Origin: Thermoplasmata archaeon
Lineage (GTDB): Archaea > Thermoplasmatota > Thermoplasmata > RBG-16-68-12 > JAJISG01
Direction of reading: 5' to 3'
DNA length: 64,000 nt
NCBI GenBank assembly: GCA_046758325.1
Contig: JBHHZZ010000002.1
Span: forward strand, 14,990 to 78,989
Below the pieces are notes generated by a model. It saw only the letters and a program-made list of their open reading frames with translations, did not search any database and had not been told where the DNA came from. Positions 8,361 to 17,830 of this stretch are shown piece by piece (the stretch's first letter is position 1; each line of letters begins with the position of its first letter). Both the position numbers and the translations under genes were made by a program.

Positions 8361-9671
8361 CTACCCCACGGGGGGGCTGGCCCGCTTACCCCTGGTAGGT
8401 ATGGGAAACACCTCCTTTCCATACGTCGCGCTCTTCTCTGCAGCCCTCCTTATGCCTGGAGCAAGTGTTTCGATGTAGGTGTGAATCATTTCATCGCTCT
8501 TACCGATCCACTCCGCCAGCATGACCACTGGCATCATCACTGCGATGAAAGGATAGTATTGCTGGGGGTCGGGAAAGTCCTTGAGGACGTTCTCCAGTCC
8601 CTTGGAGGCGAGGTTGGCGAGCCTCAAGAGGTGTCTCTCATAGTCCTCTAATGTGAGTCCGGGGTCATAGCCCTCCAAGGTGTCAAGGGTAAGGTCCTTT
8701 TCCCTCATGGCGACCAGGGAGAGGTTTGCGATGCCGCCACCTAGGTCCTGGTACACGCTCACGATGTTGTTGAGGAACACTATGACGATATCGAAAAAGT
8801 ACCAGCCCTTTAGGAAACTCTTGAGCTTCGACAGCTTGAACTTCCTGTCAACGAAGGAGATGTCGATGAGGTTGTACCGCGTCCCGCCGCTCACGTGATT
8901 GGCGAGCCTCTCGTACCAAGCAACGTCGTCCTCCGGCGAGTAGAAGCTCTGGGAGATGCTGGCCACCTGGCCCAGGTCCAAGTTCGGCTCCTTCTGGAAC
9001 ATAGTGAGGGCCTGTCCCAGGGCCACTCTCTCGTCTAGGATCTCCATTTCGTAGAAGAGGTCACTCCCATGCGGGGAGAGCGTGAAGAGGATGTTGAAGT
9101 TGCTGGTGATGGCAACTATGAGGTCGAAGAGGTCCAGCTGGCCCTCTCTCAGGGTTGATATGAGCCTTTTCATCAAGGCGTTTGGGTTCAGGGAGGGATC
9201 TGTCATGGAGGAGAGGACCAAGTGGTAGAGCTCCTTTGCCTCCAGGTAGTTGTAGTCGCCCTTGTCGATGACGTCGTCCAGAATCCCCGTCTGACACTTG
9301 TAGAGGACCTTGGCTATGAGGGCCCTCCTCAGGTTCTCTGGGCTCATCCATCGCTGGTACTTCTGGGATATCATGCAGGCGCCGGAGGCAAAGCGGAGGG
9401 TCTGAGGATAGTTCCATGACAGGTTCGCCTCCTCGATGAGGGCCCGATCCCCGTAGCCCTTGGGACGAAGGGTTATGGAAAAGGGTCCGTCATCGTTGCT
9501 AATGGACCGCAGATGTTGGCCCGTCTCGGCTAAGTGTTTCTTGAAAAGCGCCTTATCGATGCCCAGATCGAAGTGGTCCAGAAGGGCGAGGGCATAACCT
9601 CCCAGCTTGGAAACGTTCTTGCAGAGTAGATTCACATCCGCCGAGCTGATGGCTACCTCTCTTCTCTGCAT
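8361..9671 (-). CDS. Hypothetical alpha-helical protein with class I isoprenoid/terpene synthase-like metal motifs
   Basis: LDDVID (DDxxD), GQ motif, NNIVSVYQD (NSE-like); strong AGGAGG SD. Confidence 0.6.
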   Translation of the reverse strand: MQRREVAISSADVNLLCKNVSKLGGYALALLDHFDLGIDKALFKKHLAETGQHLRSISNDDGPFSITLRPKGYGDRALIEEANLSWNYPQTLRFASGACMISQKYQRWMSPENLRRALIAKVLYKCQTGILDDVIDKGDYNYLEAKELYHLVLSSMTDPSLNPNALMKRLISTLREGQLDLFDLIVAITSNFNILFTLSPHGSDLFYEMEILDERVALGQALTMFQKEPNLDLGQVASISQSFYSPEDDVAWYERLANHVSGGTRYNLIDISFVDRKFKLSKLKSFLKGWYFFDIVIVFLNNIVSVYQDLGGGIANLSLVAMREKDLTLDTLEGYDPGLTLEDYERHLLRLANLASKGLENVLKDFPDPQQYYPFIAVMMPVVMLAEWIGKSDEMIHTYIETLAPGIRRAAEKSATYGKEVFPIPTRGKRASPPVG

Positions 9672-9843
9672 GGTCCTCCTGTGCGAGAATCAGCTCACCG
9701 GTGGGCCTCACCCTGCAAAAATACCTAGCTCAAAAAAATCACTCATGATTATCAGAGCTGAGTATGGGAGATGGTATTTGCTTTGATAATAGTATGTAAA
9801 TCTATTTTATGCGGCCAGTTGTCTCAAAACGTGCAGAGAGGCG

Positions 9844-11136
9844 GTGACCATACACGAATATCTGGGTGCGTCAGCTGCCATCTTCCTTTCAATTGTCATA
9901 GTGGCCGCTATCCTGAGACAGAGGACTGGGAAGACTTTTCAGAAGATGCTACTCGTGTCTGCAGCAATCCTGCTGTCCGCCGCGGTCGCGTCTAACATCG
10001 CCATCAACATCTTGGTGCGGCCTGTGAGCCTTGAGAGCTTCATCATCCTGAGCAAGAGAGTCCAGGCCACCTTCGACATCCTCTTCGCACTGGCCATAGG
10101 GGCCTTCCTCGTGGTCACATCGAAACCGGAGATTAACTCGGTCAAGGACTTCCGACGGTACATGATCGATGACTTCCCCAACTCCTACGTGGTGTACACC
10201 TTCATCATGGCCCTCGGACTGTTCAGCGTGCTCACCACGACGGCGACCGTCCAGTTCACAGCTGAGGGCGGCTACGTTATCCTCTTCCCACCTTGGTTCG
10301 TCGTGACGATGACGATAATCGTTTCCACCATCATGATCTACATCCCCTACAATCTCCTGGGATACCTCAGGAAGGTGAAGCCTCCACGGGCCATCGTTCA
10401 CGATACTCACTTCATCATCCTGGGCCTGGAAGGGTATACCGCAACGGAATTCCTGACGGAGATAGCCTTTCCCAACCTTGGATACGACGTGAGGGTCGTG
10501 GGATTCCTCGTAGAGGTTCTCCTCATAGCCCTGGTGGCCCTCGCCGTCCGAGAGAGACGCTTTCTGCAGGACCTGCTGGCACCGGTGCCCGAGGCCCATC
10601 TGGATACTGCGAGAAGCTTCCACCTGGAAGAGGGATTCAGCTACATCGTTCCTGAGTCGGAGCCCTCCCACAGCTTCGAGGTCTTCAAGGACGTGGTGAC
10701 CCACGGAGTACGAGGCCTCTGCATCACGAGACAGCAGCCGGACAAGGTGGCACAGGCCTACGGTCTGGAGAGGACCCCCATCCTGTGGCTCAGCAGGGTT
10801 GTCTCCAATCCCAACTGTGTCCGCCCCACTCCACCCGAGAACGTGGCCATGGCCATAGACCACTTTCTGGAGGTGAGCCCAAAGAGTGTCGTCCTCCTTG
10901 ACGGTGTAGAATATCTGGTGGCCCACAACGAGTTCTCATCTGTCCTTACCCTCCTTCATGACTTGAATGAAAGGGTCTCCGTGTCAGACTCGATCCTCCT
11001 CCTCCCTCTGGACCCGAAGGCCTTCGATGAGAGAGAGTTCACCCTGCTCAAGAGGGACCTGAGGATGTTGGAAGCTGGAGTCTCCAGCGCTGCCGATTCC
11101 AGGGTGGAATTGTCACCAGGACCCTCTCTAGGCTAG
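9844..11136 (+). CDS. 7TM membrane sensor fused to C-terminal DUF835 (inactive KaiC-like) domain
   Basis: Seven hydrophobic segments followed by GLCITR..P, ILWLS, VVLLDGVEYL..HN.F, DPKAFDERE typical of DUF835. Confidence 0.85.
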   Translation: MTIHEYLGASAAIFLSIVIVAAILRQRTGKTFQKMLLVSAAILLSAAVASNIAINILVRPVSLESFIILSKRVQATFDILFALAIGAFLVVTSKPEINSVKDFRRYMIDDFPNSYVVYTFIMALGLFSVLTTTATVQFTAEGGYVILFPPWFVVTMTIIVSTIMIYIPYNLLGYLRKVKPPRAIVHDTHFIILGLEGYTATEFLTEIAFPNLGYDVRVVGFLVEVLLIALVALAVRERRFLQDLLAPVPEAHLDTARSFHLEEGFSYIVPESEPSHSFEVFKDVVTHGVRGLCITRQQPDKVAQAYGLERTPILWLSRVVSNPNCVRPTPPENVAMAIDHFLEVSPKSVVLLDGVEYLVAHNEFSSVLTLLHDLNERVSVSDSILLLPLDPKAFDEREFTLLKRDLRMLEAGVSSAADSRVELSPGPSLG

Positions 11137-11225
11137 CGACTGCAAGGGTGGTAGGGATTATTTTTAAGGAAGCGGTTCGTTGTAATCGTTGACATACTGT
11201 TTCCAGACAGCGAGGTGACCTAATC

Positions 11226-11630
11226 ATGGACGAGCTTGAAAGAATAAGGGAGAAGAAGCTCAAGGAGCTCGTGGAAAGAGCTGGGGAGAAACCTCAGAAG
11301 GAGGCATTCGCGGAACCCTTCGAACTCTCCGACGCCACCTTCGACAGGGAGGTGAAGAACCACAGCCTGCTCCTGGTGGACTTCTGGGCCCCGTGGTGTG
11401 GCCCCTGCAAGATGGTGGCGCCCGTCATCCGTCAGCTAGCTAAAGACTACAGCGGAAAGGTGGCCTTCGGGAAGCTGAACACCGACGAGAACCCGCAGAC
11501 CGCGATGAGGTTCAGGATCATGTCGATACCCACTCTGATGCTGTTCAAGAACGGAAAGACGGCGGACATCATCGTAGGCGCTGCACCGAGAGCCGGCATA
11601 GAGGCGATGCTAAGGAAACACATCACCTGA
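11226..11630 (+). CDS. trxA: Thioredoxin
   Basis: DFWAPWCGPCK active site, IMSIPT. Confidence 0.97.
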   Translation: MDELERIREKKLKELVERAGEKPQKEAFAEPFELSDATFDREVKNHSLLLVDFWAPWCGPCKMVAPVIRQLAKDYSGKVAFGKLNTDENPQTAMRFRIMSIPTLMLFKNGKTADIIVGAAPRAGIEAMLRKHIT

Positions 11631-11632
11631 GG

Positions 11633-12490
11633 CTAATCGCCACCTTCCACAATCTCAACTACCCTCTCGACTATCTCCATGAAGGCCTTCGTCGTCTCCG
11701 AATCTGGCTGAGTGATGACGAAGGGCTTCCCATCATCGCCACCCACGACCACATCGGCGTCCAAGGGGACACGCCCGAGGAAGTTGAGTCCCAGGTCCCT
11801 TGCCGCTGCCTCGCCACCACCCTTCTTGAATATGTCCACATGGTGCCCACACTCTGGACACGTAAAGCCGCTCATGTTCTCGATTATGCCGATTATGGCC
11901 ATATTGAGAGTCTTGGCGAAGGATATCGCCTTGCGGACATCTAGGAGGGCCACGTCCTGAGGCGTGGTGACGACGATGGCTCCATCGGCATCGGGGATGT
12001 TCTGGGCTATGCTCAGGGGCTCGTCACTGGTTCCCGGAGGGAGGTCCACCAACATATAGTCCAGCTCTCCCCAGCGGACATCCCCTAGCATCTGGTTGAT
12101 AGCCTTCATCTTGAGGGGCCCTCGCCATATGACAGCCCGGTCCTTGGACCCGGAGAAATAGGCCATCGAAATTACTTTGACGCCGTTGTAGGCAACGGCA
12201 GGCTCGATTCCGTCCTCCGTGGCATACAGCTTCACTTCCTCGATTCCCAAGATCTTGGGCACATCGGGACCGGTTATGTCCACATCGACGATGCCTACCT
12301 CCCTCTCCTTGCCCAGGGCCACGGCCAGGTTGGACGCCACAGTGCTCTTTCCCACACCTCCCTTACCGCTCATCACGATGAGCTTGTGCTTCACCTGCTC
12401 CATGTTCTTCGTTATCTTAGTTCGCTCTTCCCACATCCTGAGCATGTGTGGGGGAACGCCGTCTGGCTGGCCTTCCGGGGGTCCCTGCAT
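11633..12490 (-). CDS. mrp: Mrp/NBP35 Fe-S cluster carrier ATPase
   Basis: GKGGVGKST, DVDITGP, DLPPGTSD, ENMS..CPECG. Confidence 0.95.
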   Translation of the reverse strand: MQGPPEGQPDGVPPHMLRMWEERTKITKNMEQVKHKLIVMSGKGGVGKSTVASNLAVALGKEREVGIVDVDITGPDVPKILGIEEVKLYATEDGIEPAVAYNGVKVISMAYFSGSKDRAVIWRGPLKMKAINQMLGDVRWGELDYMLVDLPPGTSDEPLSIAQNIPDADGAIVVTTPQDVALLDVRKAISFAKTLNMAIIGIIENMSGFTCPECGHHVDIFKKGGGEAAARDLGLNFLGRVPLDADVVVGGDDGKPFVITQPDSETTKAFMEIVERVVEIVEGGD

Positions 12491-12562
12491 CGTGATTACC
12501 GCCTAGACAAGGCCCCTCTGATTAAAAGGGGTTTGCCCCTCGTTCGCCCAGCCCACATAAGG

Positions 12563-12570
12563 TTTTATAT
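12563..12570 (+). promoter_or_regulatory. TATA box upstream of 3-hydroxyacyl-CoA dehydrogenase
   Basis: TTTTATAT preceded by ATAAGG. Confidence 0.5.
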
Positions 12571-12610
12571 CAATCTGAGGATGGTAACGAGATTCCTGGG
12601 GGATGATTGT

Positions 12611-14569
12611 CTGAAGGCTGAAGAGGTCAAGAGGATAGCCATCATTGGAGCGGGTGAAATGGGACATGGCCTGGCAGAGCTCGCTGCCCTTCATGGCTTC
12701 AAAGTCAGCATGAACGACGTCAAGGATGAGTTCATCAAGAAAGGTCTGGAGAGAATCGAGTGGAGCCTGAGGAAGCTGGCAGAGAAGGGGAAGCTGAAGG
12801 AAACGCCGGAGCAGGTCATGGGTCGCATCAAGACGAGCACACGCCTACGGGAGGCCGTCAAGGACGCCGACTTCGTCATCGAAGCAGTCTTGGAAGACCT
12901 GGAAGTTAAGAAAGACGTATTCAAGAAGCTGGATGAGTTCTCACCGCCTGGGACGGTCTTGGCCAGCAACACCTCGGGGCTCAGCATCACCACCATGGGA
13001 AGGTCGACGAAGAGACCTCAGAAGGTCATCGGCATGCACTTCTTCAACCCGCCTGTGATCATGGAGCTGGTTGAGGTGGTCAAGGGAGAGGACACCGACG
13101 ATGAAACCATAGAGTTGACTCAGGAACTCTCCAGAAAGCTGGGGAAGACCCCCATCCTGTGCCGGAAGGACATTCCCGGTTTCATAACGACCCGCGTCAT
13201 TTTCCACTACATGAACGAGGCAGGGTGGATTCATCACGAGGAGGGGGTGGCGAAGGAAGCCATAGATTCCGCCATGAAATTCAAGGTTGGCTTTCCCATG
13301 GGCCCCTTTGAGCTGGCAGATCAGGTGGGCATCGACCTCCTGGTCCTCGCTCAGGAAAAGCAGGGCTATCCGGTGCCGCCTCCCTTCAAGGAGAGAGTTG
13401 AGAAGGGCAAACTCGGGAGGAAGAGTGAAGAGGGCTTCTACGACTACCGCGGAGACGCGAAGCCCGTCATCCGTCCAGATGATGGCAAGGAGTTCGAGCC
13501 GCTCCGAATCTTGGCGCCAACCATCAACGAGGCAGCCCAGCTTGTGGAGACGGAAGTGGCCTCCCCGGAGGAGATCGACCTGGCCATGAGGCTGGGGACT
13601 GCGTTCCCCAAAGGCCCCCTGGCCCTAGCCGATGAAATCGGCATCGACAAGGTTGTTCAGGAGCTACAGACATCCGAGAGGCACAAACCGGCGGAAATCC
13701 TGTTGAAAATGGTGGAGAAGGGGAAAGTGGGGAAGAGAGGCGGAGAGGGATTCTACCGCTACGAGGCCGAGAAGGCTGCAGAGTTCGAGAGTATCATAGT
13801 GGAGAGGGATCCGGAGTCGATGAGGGCGACCCTGACCCTGAACAGACCGGAGCGGCTGAACACCATTACGCCAGAGATGGTGGAGGAGCTGTCCACCGCC
13901 CTGCGGGACCTGGAGCAGGATGCGGAGGTGCGATGCCTCGTATTGAGAGGAGCTGGGGAAAAGGCCTTCTGTGCCGGTGCAGACGTCACCGCCTTCACTG
14001 GAATGGATAAGGCTCACAAGGCATGGGCCTTCACCAAGAAGGTCCACGAGGTGTACAGGCGCCTGGAGGAGTTCCCCAAGCCCACGGTGGCGGCCATCAG
14101 GGGGTACGCCTTCGGCGGCGGTCTCGAGCTGGCCATTGCCTGCGACTTCAGGATTGCGACCGTCGCTTCCACTCTCGGGTTGACGGAGACCTCCTTGGGA
14201 CTCATGCCAGGCGCAGGAGGTACCCAGAGGCTCTCGAGGCTCATTGGCCTAGGTAGGGCCAAGGAACTCATCCTCTTGGCGAAGCGGATCAGCGGGAAGG
14301 AAGCGGAGGCCATAGGCTTGGTGAACAAAGCGGTAGAAGAAGAGGAGTTCGAGGCCGCAACGGAGGAGCTGTCAACAAAACTCGCCAAGGGCCCGCCCAT
14401 CGCCCTCCGCCTGGCAAAGCAGCTCCTCAACTACAGTTCGCAAGGTCCTGGTGACCTCGGGCTCGACATGGAGGCCCTAGCCTTCAGCGTTGTGACGTCC
14501 ACGGAAGACCTCTTTGAGGGAATATCGGCCTTCATGAGCAAGAAGGAGCCCGAGTTTAAGGGCAAATGA
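12611..14569 (+). CDS. 3-hydroxyacyl-CoA dehydrogenase / enoyl-CoA hydratase fusion (start 12611 CTG or 12581 ATG)
   Basis: IAIIGAGEMGHG, EAVLED, SNTSG, GMHFFNP, duplicated C-terminal HAD domain, then crotonase LNRPERLN, FCAGAD, GGGLELA. Confidence 0.93.
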   Translation: MKAEEVKRIAIIGAGEMGHGLAELAALHGFKVSMNDVKDEFIKKGLERIEWSLRKLAEKGKLKETPEQVMGRIKTSTRLREAVKDADFVIEAVLEDLEVKKDVFKKLDEFSPPGTVLASNTSGLSITTMGRSTKRPQKVIGMHFFNPPVIMELVEVVKGEDTDDETIELTQELSRKLGKTPILCRKDIPGFITTRVIFHYMNEAGWIHHEEGVAKEAIDSAMKFKVGFPMGPFELADQVGIDLLVLAQEKQGYPVPPPFKERVEKGKLGRKSEEGFYDYRGDAKPVIRPDDGKEFEPLRILAPTINEAAQLVETEVASPEEIDLAMRLGTAFPKGPLALADEIGIDKVVQELQTSERHKPAEILLKMVEKGKVGKRGGEGFYRYEAEKAAEFESIIVERDPESMRATLTLNRPERLNTITPEMVEELSTALRDLEQDAEVRCLVLRGAGEKAFCAGADVTAFTGMDKAHKAWAFTKKVHEVYRRLEEFPKPTVAAIRGYAFGGGLELAIACDFRIATVASTLGLTETSLGLMPGAGGTQRLSRLIGLGRAKELILLAKRISGKEAEAIGLVNKAVEEEEFEAATEELSTKLAKGPPIALRLAKQLLNYSSQGPGDLGLDMEALAFSVVTSTEDLFEGISAFMSKKEPEFKGK

Positions 14570-16420
14570 TCAGGTGTATAGGGCCTCTATCAGGTCCTTG
14601 AAGTTGGCCTCTATGACCTCCCTCCTCTTCTTGAGCGTGGGCGTGACCTCGTCCCTCTCTTGGCTGAAGGCCCTCGAGAGGATGATGAACTTCTTTATGC
14701 TATCGTGGTAGTCCAGATCCTTGTTCACTTCGTCCACTATGCTCTCGAAAAGGGAGGTGACCTCAGGCCGGTGGACCAGCTCGTCTGGAATCTCCACGAT
14801 GATTCTGTCACCCGAAGGACCCGTTCCGTACAGTAGCCCCTCTTCCCTTACCTCCGCGCCCTGTGATCGTAGGAAGTCGACCAACCGCTCCAGCTGAGGA
14901 TGGATGAGAGCTGACGTGAACTTCCGGTTGTCACCAAGCAGCATACAGTCTTCCACCCAGGGATTGGACCTGAGAGACTCCTCGATCGGCCTTGGAGCCA
15001 CCTTCTTTCCCGTGGACAGTGCCAGGATCTGCTTCTTCCTGCCCAAGATACGGAGGTAGCCGTCCTCATCGAACTCGCCCAGGTCACCCGAACGGAACCA
15101 GCCATCCTCCGTGAACGCGTCCCGGGTCTCCTTCGACATGTTGTTGTATCCCAGGAAAACGTTTGGTCCTCGGATGAGGATCTCCCCATCTTCGGCCAGC
15201 GTCTCCTCTATGCCTGGAATGGGGGGCCCAACGGTGCCAGGCTTTACCCTGTCAGGAGGGTTGAAGTTCGCAGGGGCGGCGGTTTCGGTCAATCCATATC
15301 CTTCCAGGACGCGGATTCCCATGCCGTTGAAGAGGTAAGCGAGGCGCGGTGGCAGAGCACTTGCCCCAGACATGGCATACTTCAGCTTGCCGCCGAGCCT
15401 ATCTCTGATTTTGGCGTAAACGAGTCGGTCCGCCAACTTGTGCTTCATTCGCAGAGGCAGAGTGGGTCGTCTCCCGCCGCTCGTGACATGGCTGAACTTC
15501 AGAGCCACGTCCTCAGCCCAACGATATATCCTTCTCTTCATGGGAGATTGCCTTTCCACCTCTTCCAGAACCCGATCGTAGACCCTCTCGTAGAGGCGTG
15601 GAACGGCGGCCATATGCTCCGGCCTGACTATGAGGAGGTCCTCCGCCAGGGTCCTGGGGGTCGAGAAGGCCACGCACCCACCAATCATCAACATGCCGAG
15701 GCATACCACCCTCTGGTAGATGTGCGCCAGTGGGAGAAAGGCAATCACTGTCTGCCCGGGCCTTGCCTTCAGGACCTGGAGGCCCGCCATGGCAGCAGAG
15801 GCGATATTCCAGTTGGTAAGGAGCGCCCCCTTTGGCTCCCCGGTGGTCCCTGACGTGTATATGATGCTGGCCAGGTCGCCAGGGCTCACCTCCGAAGTAT
15901 TCTTCGTGATCGCCCTCAGTTCCGCTGCCTTGGGTTCCCTCTTCAGGAGGGACGCCAGAGTGGCCGAGCCGCCGCCATCATCGAAGAGTACCACCTCGGC
16001 GTCCTTCAGGGCCTCGTCCTCCAGGCTCCTGAACTTCTGCAGCTGCTCCCTTCCTTCAAAGAGGAGTACCTTGGACTCCGAGTCCAGAATATGATAGCTC
16101 AAGAGGCGAGAGGGAATTGTGGGAAAGGCCGTAACGGTGATGCCTCCAGCGAAAAGAATGGCCAGGTCGGCCAGGAGCCACTCGTACCTGGTCTGCGCCA
16201 TGATGAGGGCCCTTCCGCCCTTCTGGAGTCCCATAGACATGAGAGCCGCGGCTAGACTTTCCACCTGCGACTTCAACTCGTGATACTTGATTTCGAGGAA
16301 TTCGCCTTCCACGGGATAGCGGACTGCGGCAGCATCCGAGTATCGGTCAAAGGAGGAGGCTAGGGAGTGCAGGAGGGTCTGCTCTTCGGCTTTTAGCAGC
16401 TCCCCCTTGTAGACCTTCAC
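14570..16420 (-). CDS. fadD: Long-chain fatty acid-CoA ligase (AMP-binding)
   Basis: IIYTSGTTGEPKG, EGYGLTET, GWFRSGDLG. Confidence 0.93.
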   Translation of the reverse strand: MKVYKGELLKAEEQTLLHSLASSFDRYSDAAAVRYPVEGEFLEIKYHELKSQVESLAAALMSMGLQKGGRALIMAQTRYEWLLADLAILFAGGITVTAFPTIPSRLLSYHILDSESKVLLFEGREQLQKFRSLEDEALKDAEVVLFDDGGGSATLASLLKREPKAAELRAITKNTSEVSPGDLASIIYTSGTTGEPKGALLTNWNIASAAMAGLQVLKARPGQTVIAFLPLAHIYQRVVCLGMLMIGGCVAFSTPRTLAEDLLIVRPEHMAAVPRLYERVYDRVLEEVERQSPMKRRIYRWAEDVALKFSHVTSGGRRPTLPLRMKHKLADRLVYAKIRDRLGGKLKYAMSGASALPPRLAYLFNGMGIRVLEGYGLTETAAPANFNPPDRVKPGTVGPPIPGIEETLAEDGEILIRGPNVFLGYNNMSKETRDAFTEDGWFRSGDLGEFDEDGYLRILGRKKQILALSTGKKVAPRPIEESLRSNPWVEDCMLLGDNRKFTSALIHPQLERLVDFLRSQGAEVREEGLLYGTGPSGDRIIVEIPDELVHRPEVTSLFESIVDEVNKDLDYHDSIKKFIILSRAFSQERDEVTPTLKKRREVIEANFKDLIEALYT

Positions 16421-16457
16421 AGAGCCTCCCCAAGCCAGAGTAGGGTAATGAAAGTTG

Positions 16458-17636
16458 TCATCCCTGGGATCCTATTATCCCTTTCCAAGCCAGCTCCCGC
16501 AGCTCTCCCGCTCCAACACCGGCCCCCCTCAGAATTTCGACCGTGTGTTCGCCTAGACTAGGTGGTCCTCCCTGCCGCGACGGACCCGCGGGAGACCACT
16601 TGACTGGATGCGCGAGGGTTGCGAAAGTGCGGCCTGCATGGGTTGTCTCCCGCAGGAGTCTCCTGGCCCTCAGGTGGACATCCTCCGTCGCCTCCTTCAC
16701 GCTGAGCACTGGGGCGAAGGGGATGTCCTCACCTTCCAGGATGTGACTCCACTCCTTCAATGTCTTGCCTTTGAAGAGGTTCTGGAGGTCCTCCTTCACC
16801 ACCTTTCCCTCGTCACCCGTGACAAAATGCTTAGTCCGCAAGTCCCGTCGCGCCACAACGTCGCAGAATCTCTGCCAGAACTTCTCCTCTATGGCTGCCA
16901 GGGTGAGGAATCTGCCATCGGCCGTCTCGTACACATCGTAGAAGGGGAAGAGGCCCGTGAGGAAGGTTCGACCGGGTTGTGGATCGCCTCCCGCTAGAGA
17001 CTCGGCAAGGTTCATGAGGTTCATGTGGATGGCGGCGTCAAAGATGGACAGGTCAAGGTAGAAACCGCGGCCGGATCTCTCCCTCCATAGGACGGCGGCG
17101 GTGATTGCGTACGCCGCCATCAGACCCGAAGCCATGTCTGCGAGCGGGACACACGGGAGGACAGGTCTCCCATCATGGGAGTTCATGTGCAGAAGCCCGG
17201 ACAGGGCATCGAAATTAAGGTCGTGACCTGGTTTGTCTCTGTAGGGTCCCGTGGCACCGTATCCGGAGAAGGAGCAGTAGATCATATCCTCCTTTACCGC
17301 CTTGACGTCCTCGTAGCCTATCCCAAGCCTCTCCGCAACGCCGGGGCGAAACTGCTCCACCAGGACATCCGCGGTGGGTACCAGTCGATAGAACAACTCC
17401 CGCCCTTCTGGCTCTTTCAGGTTGAGGGCTATGCTCTTCTTGCCCTGGTTAACCAGCAAGAAGGAGTAGCTTATGCCGCCCACGGTCGGAGGGGCATACC
17501 TCATGTAGTCACCAGTTCTGGGCTCCTCCACCTTGATGACCTCGGCTCCTAGGTCTGCCAACAGCTGAGTCACGATGCCCCCAGGTAGAAGACGCGTCAG
17601 ATCCAGCACCCTCATGCCCTCCATGGGACCTCCCAA
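16458..17636 (-). CDS. CaiB/BaiF family protein, alpha-methylacyl-CoA racemase-like
   Basis: RVLDLTRLLPG, LADLGAEVIKVE, GHDLN and PLADMASG motifs. Confidence 0.88.
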   Translation of the reverse strand: MGGPMEGMRVLDLTRLLPGGIVTQLLADLGAEVIKVEEPRTGDYMRYAPPTVGGISYSFLLVNQGKKSIALNLKEPEGRELFYRLVPTADVLVEQFRPGVAERLGIGYEDVKAVKEDMIYCSFSGYGATGPYRDKPGHDLNFDALSGLLHMNSHDGRPVLPCVPLADMASGLMAAYAITAAVLWRERSGRGFYLDLSIFDAAIHMNLMNLAESLAGGDPQPGRTFLTGLFPFYDVYETADGRFLTLAAIEEKFWQRFCDVVARRDLRTKHFVTGDEGKVVKEDLQNLFKGKTLKEWSHILEGEDIPFAPVLSVKEATEDVHLRARRLLRETTHAGRTFATLAHPVKWSPAGPSRQGGPPSLGEHTVEILRGAGVGAGELRELAWKGIIGSQG

Positions 17637-17830
17637 GGAATCACCGCCCCGTCATTCCCCAGAAGGTATTTAGAATGGGGCCCGGGGCTCCGTCCGATTT
17701 CGCACTACTGCGCTTCACACCTCACTTCGTGAACCACAGAACGTCCGGGTCTTTCTCAGATCCCTTCGCGGCGCACAGGTTGGTAAGCCTTAATAAGAGG
17801 GGGGTCCAATATAGCGTCAGGTGTCTTATC

